A stretch of DNA of 47,537 nt from an uncultured Spirochaetota bacterium (GTDB lineage Bacteria > Spirochaetota > UBA4802 > UBA5550). Both the position numbers and the translations under genes were made by a program. Where the stretch lies: assembly GCA_963827275.1 (NCBI GenBank), contig CAWHAA010000011.1, positions 1 to 47,537 on the forward strand, written 5' to 3'. The notes below the pieces were generated by a model. That model searched no databases and was not told where the DNA came from. It saw only the letters and a list, made by a program, of their open reading frames with translations. How positions within the stretch are numbered: position 1 is the first letter of the stretch; the number at the start of each line of letters is the position of its first letter. Of this stretch, positions 1-7,586 are shown piece by piece.

Positions 1-526
1 CATAACCGTGTCCAGCAAAAACGTCTCGTTCGAGCGGGGCCTGGAGCTTGCCGGTGTTGACCTTGGGCGGGGTCATATCAGCGAGGCCCTTGTGGGCGGC
101 GTGGACGAGGCCGTTATTTCAAGAGACCATTTCGCTGCGAAATACGATCCATCATATCATGCAGTTAAACTGGTCGAAGGGAGCAGCTGGCTGTATCTTA
201 GAGCGGAGAAGGCCGGCGCCCTGGGAAAGATATCAGGGGTCAAAACATTTAATGCTGAAAATGAAGCGATCGCCTGGGCCCGCGGCGCGGCGGATGACCC
301 GCCGGTTATGGCGTTCGGCATTCTCATGACACCGCCGGAAAAAGAGAAGTGGAAAAACGAATGTCCCGCCGCGGAAGAGCTGGATTATATCGGCACTCAT
401 GGCTTTTATGACACGGCCGCATCTTTCGCGGTTTGCAAATTCATGGAGTCGGGAAAACAATCAGCGCTGGTCCACGTCAACAGGAACATGCAAGGGCATT
501 ATGTCGTCCTTACCTGTAAAAAATAG
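1..526 (+). CDS. C-terminal part of a degenerate ketosynthase / chain-length-factor-like protein (5' end outside window)
   Basis: Frame is open from the window edge (ITVSSKNVSFERGLELA...ALVGGVDE...EGSSW). It parallels the CLF half of the 7583-9757 protein (NITVTGGDYSFEQALFAA...LVMGADE...DGGGA). Stop TAG at 524-526. Confidence 0.6.
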   Translation, partial: ITVSSKNVSFERGLELAGVDLGRGHISEALVGGVDEAVISRDHFAAKYDPSYHAVKLVEGSSWLYLRAEKAGALGKISGVKTFNAENEAIAWARGAADDPPVMAFGILMTPPEKEKWKNECPAAEELDYIGTHGFYDTAASFAVCKFMESGKQSALVHVNRNMQGHYVVLTCKK

Positions 527-558
527 TGGAAAAACCGGGGCAATTTCAATCACAGAAA

Positions 559-1575
559 TCATTTCCACTTTATCTTTTTTAAAAACAGATAGGCTTCCTT
601 TTCTGCGCGCGCGCATTCCAGGTATATGTCTGCGGTCTTGTTCAGGTCTACCTCATCGGTTTTTCCCTGTATGAACTTCCCGCATGTGGAAGCGGCTAGC
701 CGCCACTTGTCCCCGATGGCAACGAATTTTTTCGAGGCTTCCAGAAGTTCCGGTATTTTCAATAGATCGTAGGCCTCCCGGAGGAATGCAGCATACATGT
801 ATCGGAACCCCCCGCCGCCGGTGCCGACCTCCTCCTGGAAAAGGACGATGTGGTTCATGAGGCCCCTGACAACCTTTATATTAGGATTTTTCTGGAGCCG
901 CCGTATCATCCTGGCGAAGGTTTTCATTCCCAGGATTCCGTAATAGGGAAACATCGGCTGCAGCATCATGAACGGGACATGCTTGACTGCTTTCTTTATT
1001 GCTTTTTTATAGTCGATGTTTTCAGGTATTTCGAGAGGATAAAACATGAACCCCTTCGGCGCCTGCGGCCCTTTTGCAAAACGCGCGTTTCGAAGATCGT
1101 CTCGATGGGCCCTTGTCTGATAGTCCCACAGCGGATCGTTGATCAGGTATTCATCACCTTCCCTGCCGATGACAATGGTCATGTGGCTGTTATTGGGAAT
1201 TCGGAACTCCCCCAAAAAATATTTAAGATAAGCCACGGAACACTGAATTCCCACCGGCTTGCCTTTATCCAGCAGCCGGTCCAGCTCATCCATGGCTTCC
1301 TGCTCGTTATCATAGGTTTTGATGCAAAACTTGATGCCGAGACGCTTCTGCACCCCCTTCACTATGCTCTGCGGAAGCATCCGCCACGCGATCAGTGGTT
1401 TTCCCCAGATCTTGACAAACGGCAGGTACACGAATCCGATGTTGCTCGATATACCGAAAGCCATGGGCTCGGATAAATCAAACCCGTAGTTTTTCACGAT
1501 CGATGATACCGAGCCTGATTCGCAGTGCCCGCCCTGGTGGTGCGTATAGTTCTTTTGCGCAATGGCCGTTTTCAT
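559..1575 (-). CDS. BtrH N-terminal domain protein (papain-like Cys/His fold; putative acyltransferase/peptidase)
   Basis: 338 aa; HHQGGHCESGS, LSEPMAFGI and NSH motifs typical of BtrH_N/DUF4872 proteins of flexirubin/dialkylresorcinol-type clusters. Confidence 0.8.
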   Translation of the reverse strand: MKTAIAQKNYTHHQGGHCESGSVSSIVKNYGFDLSEPMAFGISSNIGFVYLPFVKIWGKPLIAWRMLPQSIVKGVQKRLGIKFCIKTYDNEQEAMDELDRLLDKGKPVGIQCSVAYLKYFLGEFRIPNNSHMTIVIGREGDEYLINDPLWDYQTRAHRDDLRNARFAKGPQAPKGFMFYPLEIPENIDYKKAIKKAVKHVPFMMLQPMFPYYGILGMKTFARMIRRLQKNPNIKVVRGLMNHIVLFQEEVGTGGGGFRYMYAAFLREAYDLLKIPELLEASKKFVAIGDKWRLAASTCGKFIQGKTDEVDLNKTADIYLECARAEKEAYLFLKKIKWK

Positions 1576-1976
1576 TATAGGGTACTCTTGAATTTTTTTA
1601 TTGTTTCAATGTCGGTGTGCATGACATGCGCGTACCAGGCGAGGGTTGCGTCGTCCAGTTTTTCAAAGCCTTGTGGCGTTAAATGCTTTTTTACTTTTCG
1701 TTTTGGTATCTCCGTAAACTGCGCCAGGCCGTCAAGATCCAGAGCTGCATGATACATGAAATACTCCAGCGGCGAGGACTTGTTGCTTTTCACCCTCTCC
1801 CGCGCCTGTTCCGCCAGTTCCTTGAACTCCTCCTGGATGTTATAACCCGCGTAATAACCGGGGTCCCATCCGTTTGAAGGAATCTTCTCGAAGGTACCAT
1901 CGTCATTCACGGCGTAATGTACGAGGGTCGTCTTGAGCATTCTCTTGCCGTCCTGGGGAACTTCGTTTACTTTCAT
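1575..1976 (-). CDS. conserved hypothetical protein usually paired with BtrH-like genes
   Basis: 133 aa starting MKVNEVPQD, with YAVNDDG, GWDP and SPLEYFM motifs; GAAGGA RBS upstream; stop overlaps the BtrH-like start codon. Confidence 0.7.
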   Translation of the reverse strand: MKVNEVPQDGKRMLKTTLVHYAVNDDGTFEKIPSNGWDPGYYAGYNIQEEFKELAEQARERVKSNKSSPLEYFMYHAALDLDGLAQFTEIPKRKVKKHLTPQGFEKLDDATLAWYAHVMHTDIETIKKFKSTL

Positions 1977-2203
1977 TGCCTCATCCTTCGAAATGATTGA
2001 ATAATTTATGAATTTAATTCTATTTTGTCAACAAAAAAGAAAAAGACAGCGCCTCGTATCTGTACAGAAACAATACAACACCATGATGCCATATCCCGGC
2101 CGGGATTGTACCGAATTTATGTTGACTATATCTGGACACTTGATACAGAATCATGATGCTGTTGCTGAATACAAAATCATAACCCGATTATCGCGAGGTT
2201 GAC

Positions 2204-3028
2204 ATGGAAGCAGACAGATGGTGGAGCACCTGGGCGCCGATATGGGACCATATTGAAGACAGGCATTTCGGGACCAGGGTCACGGAAACCCTTCTCGATC
2301 ATATTAAGTCCGACGTATTGATTGTCGGCGCCGGGCAGGGCCTGATTGTGCGATACTTGAACGAAAAGGGAATTCGTGCCGTCGGCCTTGACATCAATCC
2401 TGACATGGTGAAAATCGCGAAGGAAAAATACGGCCTGGATATAATTGAAGGGGATGCCGGCAATCTGCCCTTTGATCAAGGCCGCTACGGCACGGTCATT
2501 ATTTCTTCCGGCGTGGTTGATTACGGTGCGGATGAATCGGCGATAACAAACTTCATCAATGAGGCGAAAAGGGTATGCCGCACGGGCGGAAAAATTTTCA
2601 CCGCATTTTACCGCATTCTTCCTCCCATAGAAAAAATATACAGGAAAATCGGGGTCATCGACGCGAACCACACCTACCACATGACACGGATCTTTGAAAT
2701 CAATGAAATTGCGAAGAAAAATCCCCTCAGGTGCATGCCCCGGATACGGGAATGGACCGGCAAGAGCCGGATGCGGGTAAGCCTTGAATGGGCGATCGTC
2801 GGGCTAACGCAGCCGAAGGAATTCATGGGTGAGAGGAAATGGATCAACAATATCTTCAAATCAGGAGCCGCGCTGGGACTTTCAAGAAAGACCCTTCTCG
2901 ACAGCGTGCCGGACAAACTGCCGTACCGGACGAAAGCTCAGATCGAGGAATTGCTTCGTCGTATTAATTGCCCATACCGGGACATCAGGGAATTCGACGA
3001 TTGTACCGTAGTCGTGATTGAAAAATAA
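2204..3028 (+). CDS. class I SAM-dependent methyltransferase
   Basis: VLIVGAGQG motif I, GLDINPDMV, GDAGNLPF; GAGG RBS upstream. Confidence 0.8.
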   Translation: MEADRWWSTWAPIWDHIEDRHFGTRVTETLLDHIKSDVLIVGAGQGLIVRYLNEKGIRAVGLDINPDMVKIAKEKYGLDIIEGDAGNLPFDQGRYGTVIISSGVVDYGADESAITNFINEAKRVCRTGGKIFTAFYRILPPIEKIYRKIGVIDANHTYHMTRIFEINEIAKKNPLRCMPRIREWTGKSRMRVSLEWAIVGLTQPKEFMGERKWINNIFKSGAALGLSRKTLLDSVPDKLPYRTKAQIEELLRRINCPYRDIREFDDCTVVVIEK

Positions 3029-3030
3029 CC

Positions 3031-4290
3031 TCACAGTTTCTCGCCAAACGCCTGCCGCATCAGGTCCCGCCGCCGCGGGCGGTAGGTGCCGAGCTCACGC
3101 TCGCGCTCCACGACCTTCTGGATGAGCCTGAACATTTTGTACTGTTGCGGCTCGTCCCGGTAAAAGCGCTCCCACGCGAAGTAATAGAGCTCCTGGAGCC
3201 GCTCCGGGCTCATGAGCTTCGGCCGGTACACAACCCTTCCGGCGTTGAAGTCGTTCCAGTCGCGGCTCAGTATCCGCTTCTGCTTGACCATGTCGTCCCA
3301 GGCCTTGGTGTGGGGGAAGGGGGTGAGCACCGTGAATTCGGCAAGGTCAAGGTCTATCTCAAGCAGAAAGTCGATCAGGCGCTTGATGTATTCCTCGTCG
3401 TGGTTGTCCATGCCCAGGAGGATCGTGCCCTCGACCGCGATGTCGTGGTCGTGGTAGCGCTTTATCCGCTCTTTAATGAAATCCGACGTGTCGAACACGG
3501 CCTGGTACACGTACCAGGCGCCGGCCTGCCGCGCCATGTCGAGCACCTCGGGCTTGTCCTCGATCGTGTGGCTGCACCAGTTTTTCTTCAGCGGGATCAT
3601 CTCCCGGAAGAGATCAATCTCCCACCGGGTGTCCTGCGCGAGCGAATTATCAACGACAAAAAGGCGGTTGTTGTCGACCAGGGCGATCTCCTCGATGGCC
3701 CTGTCAATCGGACGGGGCCTGAACTTACGTCCGCCCAGATAGGCGACGGCGCAGGGATAGCAGTTGAACCGGCACCCGCGCGAGGCATGGACCAGGTCCA
3801 CCATCTGCACTCCCTTGTAGTAGTAGAGGTCGCGCTTGTAAATGTTCCGCCGCGCCGGCCCCACGCTCTCGATCGGGGGAAGGTCGGCAATATAGTTGTA
3901 CACGTTTTTGAGGACGCCGTTCCTGAAATCGGAGAACACCTCCTCCATGCGTCCCTCCGCCTCGCCGAGAAAAACCGCGTCCGCGTGCGGGAGCGTCTCC
4001 TCGGCGTGGAGCATTGTCGAGATGCCGCCGAAGATCACCTTTACGCCCCGTTTCCGGTACTCGTCCGCGATTTCCCATCCCCGCTTCACCTGGGTGGTCA
4101 GCATCATTGATATGCCCACGAAATCGACCGGATCGTCATAGCTGAAGACTTCCAGGTTCTCGTCAACGAACTCCACATCGACATAATCCGGGAGTGCGGC
4201 AGCCATGACCGCCGGACCGTGCGGGGGCAGGTTGAAAGTGGTCTGCTCAGGGAGCTTTTCCCAGCGCGGGTAAATGAGCCTGAATTTCAT
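3031..4290 (-). CDS. cobalamin-binding radical SAM protein
   Basis: N-terminal B12-binding-like domain (VGISMM...VIFGG...VFLGEAE) followed by RGCRFNCYPC (CxxxCxxC) and LTPFPHT. Confidence 0.88.
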   Translation of the reverse strand: MKFRLIYPRWEKLPEQTTFNLPPHGPAVMAAALPDYVDVEFVDENLEVFSYDDPVDFVGISMMLTTQVKRGWEIADEYRKRGVKVIFGGISTMLHAEETLPHADAVFLGEAEGRMEEVFSDFRNGVLKNVYNYIADLPPIESVGPARRNIYKRDLYYYKGVQMVDLVHASRGCRFNCYPCAVAYLGGRKFRPRPIDRAIEEIALVDNNRLFVVDNSLAQDTRWEIDLFREMIPLKKNWCSHTIEDKPEVLDMARQAGAWYVYQAVFDTSDFIKERIKRYHDHDIAVEGTILLGMDNHDEEYIKRLIDFLLEIDLDLAEFTVLTPFPHTKAWDDMVKQKRILSRDWNDFNAGRVVYRPKLMSPERLQELYYFAWERFYRDEPQQYKMFRLIQKVVERERELGTYRPRRRDLMRQAFGEKL

Positions 4291-4407
4291 GCTGTTACCT
4301 TTCGTAGGCTTACGCTACGGAATTTTTCATTTCAGTGTCAAGCATTTTCACGCCGCCCGGGGCATGCCATGGACCAACGGTCCACGGCATATTGCATCAC
4401 GTACAAT

Positions 4408-5052
4408 TCACCGCGCCTGCTCCGCCTCTATTAGGTCAAGGAGCAGGGAATAACCGATGGGACCGTGCGCCTTGAGCTCGATCCTGCCCGGCAGTCCGTC
4501 GCCGCGCATGCGGGAAAATCGCGCCGTGCGCGCCTTTCTCTCCCCTGTGAATAAAACGACATCCACGGTCCCGTCTGGTCGTGAAGAAACGTCCGTCACG
4601 CCTTCATCCGACCGGTACCGGCACGTCGGCATGCCGCCTGTCAGGCCGACCTCCGCCGGCGCTCCGGCCGGCCCGAAGAGCATAAGCCTGATGTCCCGCA
4701 CCATTCCCATCACCATGTCCGGGGACGAGAAGGGGCCAATGCCACGCTTGATGACAAGCTTCCCGTCATAGGTCGCGTCGCAGAGGACCAGCCCTTCCAC
4801 TGACATCAGCACGCAGCGAAGCCGCCCTGCTGCCGGCAGCGCCCAGGTCACTCCGATCATGGTCATACCGCCACCACCGGGGAACGAGCCGCTGACGGAA
4901 TGTATGAGCCGCCATCCCTTCGCGAGGAAAGGCGCGCCGCATTGTGCCGAATGTGTCGGGCGGTCGTTGCCCGGCAGTGGCTGGAGCCGTGGGACGCCGG
5001 AACAGGAGAGCAGCGCGGGGAAGAGGAGGCAGGCGAGGGCGCGTCTCATCAC
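4408..5052 (-). CDS. lipoprotein, DUF3261-like (aryl-polyene-type cluster accessory)
   Basis: Signal peptide with lipobox LLSC; beta-rich body; start overlaps the LolA-like gene stop. Confidence 0.55.
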   Translation of the reverse strand: MMRRALACLLFPALLSCSGVPRLQPLPGNDRPTHSAQCGAPFLAKGWRLIHSVSGSFPGGGGMTMIGVTWALPAAGRLRCVLMSVEGLVLCDATYDGKLVIKRGIGPFSSPDMVMGMVRDIRLMLFGPAGAPAEVGLTGGMPTCRYRSDEGVTDVSSRPDGTVDVVLFTGERKARTARFSRMRGDGLPGRIELKAHGPIGYSLLLDLIEAEQAR

Positions 5053-5666
5053 ATCTTCCTGAATACCGTTTCCGGGATTTTCGTATTCATCTTCACATTG
5101 CCGAACGCGAGCACGGTGCGGGATTTTTCGCTTTCATAAATGGTGACCGTCCTGATCACGCCGGGCCTGTCAGAAAGCTTCAGCTCGATCTTCGCGATTA
5201 TATCGGCCATCCCTTTCTCCTTCGGGGTGAGAAGGATCGTCCGGCCGGCTTTAAGCTCGGCCCTGAAAGCCGGGTTTGAGTCGAAATCGCCTTGCATCCA
5301 GAGGGCAATCTCCTGGACCACGACCCGCATCGACTGAAGGCGGGCGGCGGAATCCTGCACGACCGCATCGCCCCGTTTCACGTAACGGCTGATAGAGCTG
5401 CCGTGCATCAGCAATACGCTCCACATGGGCGTGGAATATTCCCACCGGAGCGAGCCGGGCGCCTGGTAGTAGAGCTTCCCTTTCGAAACAAGCGGCTTCG
5501 ACAGGATCTCCATCTGCTTTGTCTGCGTGAAGCTGGCCTCAATGGAGGATATGTCCGCCGCGCCCTTCCTGATCGCGTCCCAGGAATCGCCCCAGGCGAG
5601 CAGGGCGAGTGACAATAGAATGATGGCAGGACACACGCCGCGGTTTATTGACTTAATAATTTTCAT
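5049..5666 (-). CDS. LolA-like outer-membrane lipoprotein/lipid carrier protein
   Basis: Signal peptide then SIEASFTQTK...SKGKLYYQAPGSLRWEY. ATG at 5666 preferred over the ORF-track start at 5741, which runs into a repeat element. Confidence 0.82.
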   Translation of the reverse strand: MKIIKSINRGVCPAIILLSLALLAWGDSWDAIRKGAADISSIEASFTQTKQMEILSKPLVSKGKLYYQAPGSLRWEYSTPMWSVLLMHGSSISRYVKRGDAVVQDSAARLQSMRVVVQEIALWMQGDFDSNPAFRAELKAGRTILLTPKEKGMADIIAKIELKLSDRPGVIRTVTIYESEKSRTVLAFGNVKMNTKIPETVFRKM

Positions 5667-5726
5667 AACCTTAACCTTTACCGGCTCCTCCTGCCCAAAG
5701 GTCCCATGCAGAGGTGCATGAGGTAG

Positions 5727-5937
5727 ACCACTAATGGACACGAATGAACACTAATTAGTTCTGACAAATAACCCTGACGATCCAGTTGAATATTGTATCA
5801 GCGGAATTCAAATCATGGTATATTTTTATATTATATTGATAATCCATTCCCACAAAATAAAATGTTCAATCGCAGAATTGAAAATCACCTAAACCTCTTT
5901 AGTATAATTATGCAATTATTCGTGTTCATTCGTGGTT
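5727..5937. repeat. inverted-repeat-bounded AT-rich element built from 10-bp CAC(G/T)AATG(A/G)A units
   Basis: Left ACCACTAATGGACACGAATGAACACTAAT (5727-5755); right ATTCGTGTTCATTCGTGGTT (5918-5937), whose reverse complement AACCACGAATGAACACGAAT matches the left arm. Confidence 0.7.
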
Positions 5938-6024
5938 AATAATAGAGCGCTATGGCTATGCCAGCCGTTCATTCATTCTTAATTCCCACTCTTCCCAGGT
6001 GAGGGATTCGAGGATGTGAGGTGC

Positions 6025-6762
6025 TTACATCATGCCCCCGTTTACGGAGATCACCTGGCCGGTGATGTATGATGCGTCATCCGAGCAGAGGAAACGGACG
6101 ACTTTCGCCACCTCTTCCGGCTTTCCGATCCGGCCCATGGGAATCACGTTCTTGATGAACTCAACCGGCGCGTCCTTAATCATGTCTGTTTCAATGAGGC
6201 CCGGCGCGACCACGTTGACCCGTATCCCTTTTTTGGCGATCTCCGCGGCGATGGAGCGGCTCGCGCCGATGAGGCCCGCCTTGGCCGCGGAATAATTTGC
6301 CTGCCCCTTGTTCCCGATCAGACCTGCAACCGAGGCGATGGAAACCACCGAGCCTTTTTTCCGCCGGAGCATCTTTTTTAAAACCGGCTTGGTCATGTTG
6401 TAGAAGCCCTTGAGGGTCGTGTCGATGACCGCGTCCCAGTCCGCCTCGGGCATCATAAGGAACAGGTTGTCCGCGGTAATGCCCGCGTTGTTGATCAACA
6501 CGTCAATCGTCTCAAAGCGCTGCATCATCTCCTCGACCGCCTTCTCCGCCTGCGCGGTGTCCGCGACATCAAACTTCACGGTCTCTCCGTCGCCGCCGCG
6601 CCCGCGGATCAGCGAAAGCGTTTCTCCGGCGGCCGCGTCGTTCGAGCGGTAGGTCGCGACCACGTAATACCCGTCGGCCGCAAGCTCCAGCGCAATGGCG
6701 CGGCCGATGCCCCGGCTCCCGCCGGTAACGATAGCGACTCTCTTCCCCGACCCTTCACTCAT
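6025..6762 (-). CDS. fabG: 3-oxoacyl-ACP reductase
   Basis: TGGSRGIG, NNAGITAD, NYSAAKAG and NVVAPGLIETDM SDR motifs. Confidence 0.93.
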   Translation of the reverse strand: MSEGSGKRVAIVTGGSRGIGRAIALELAADGYYVVATYRSNDAAAGETLSLIRGRGGDGETVKFDVADTAQAEKAVEEMMQRFETIDVLINNAGITADNLFLMMPEADWDAVIDTTLKGFYNMTKPVLKKMLRRKKGSVVSIASVAGLIGNKGQANYSAAKAGLIGASRSIAAEIAKKGIRVNVVAPGLIETDMIKDAPVEFIKNVIPMGRIGKPEEVAKVVRFLCSDDASYITGQVISVNGGMM

Positions 6763-7202
6763 GATATTACTCCTTGATCGGAATCCGATTCCGGGCGGAA
6801 CACCTGGAGCTTGATCTCGCCGACCGTATCTCCGCCGATGCGGGCGGTGCCGGATATCTCTGCGTAGGTCCCTCCGCGTTTACGGTCGTTGATCGACACC
6901 TCGATGCGGGAGCCGACCGGCAGCCGGTCCCGGTAAAACTCGGCCTTCTTGATGCCGACGATCCAGCCCGCTTTCCCCGCGGCCGGGTCCCCTTTCCGCA
7001 TCTCCTCCCAGCCGAAATGCACACCCGCGGTCTGGGCCGCCAGCTCGATCAGCAGTATCGGGTCAACGGAGCCGCCCTCGCACAGGGGCCAGTTTTCCGA
7101 CACGGTCGACGCGGTCACGCACCGGTCATCATCCATCTGGATGATTTCGCCGATGAGCTTCATGGCTCCGCGGTGTGGGATTAGTGCTTCGATATCGTAC
7201 AT
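6759..7202 (-). CDS. hotdog-fold 3-hydroxyacyl-ACP dehydratase (ApeP-like)
   Basis: LIPHRGAMKLI and IELAAQTAG motifs; ATG at 7202 chosen; stop overlaps the fabG start. Confidence 0.78.
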   Translation of the reverse strand: MYDIEALIPHRGAMKLIGEIIQMDDDRCVTASTVSENWPLCEGGSVDPILLIELAAQTAGVHFGWEEMRKGDPAAGKAGWIVGIKKAEFYRDRLPVGSRIEVSINDRKRGGTYAEISGTARIGGDTVGEIKLQVFRPESDSDQGVIS

Positions 7203-7231
7203 GGCGAATTTCCGGCCGTCAATAGTACAAT

Positions 7232-7302
7232 ACCATAGTTGCACCGGCTCATTGATGTCAATAAAAATATCTTGACATCAGGCCGGTATCAAAATCTATT
7301 TT
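7232..7302. promoter_or_regulatory. divergent promoter region with palindrome TGATGTCAA-N10-TTGACATCA
   Basis: Perfect 9-bp inverted repeat at 7253-7261 and 7272-7280; each arm contains an outward-facing TTGACA. Candidate -10 boxes: TATGGT (minus strand, 7237-7232, 18-bp spacer) and TATTTT (plus strand, 7297-7302, 19-bp spacer). Confidence 0.55.
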
Positions 7303-7328
7303 AGAGCACCACACAATCGAGGAACGTA

Positions 7329-7586
7329 ATGGAACAATTGATCGCCGAACTCAAAGAAAAGATCATTGATACGCTTGACCTTATTGATATCAAGCCATCC
7401 GATTTCAAGGAAGACGAGCCGCTGGTGGGAGGACCTCTCGGCATCGATTCCATCGATATTCTTGAGCTTGCCATGATGATCGACCGCGACTACGGAATAA
7501 AAATCGACAACAAAGAGCTGGGGCAGAAAGTCTTCACGTCCCTCAGGACCCTGGCAGAGCATATCCAGAAAAACAGAAACAGGTGA
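7329..7586 (+). CDS. acyl carrier protein (aryl-polyene-cluster type)
   Basis: 85 aa, acidic; LGIDSIDILEL phosphopantetheine site; GAGGA RBS. Confidence 0.92.
   Translation: MEQLIAELKEKIIDTLDLIDIKPSDFKEDEPLVGGPLGIDSIDILELAMMIDRDYGIKIDNKELGQKVFTSLRTLAEHIQKNRNR

Noticed and set aside
5727..5755. Short tandem repeats as a CRISPR array
   Set aside because: 10-bp units with no spacers and no cas genes.
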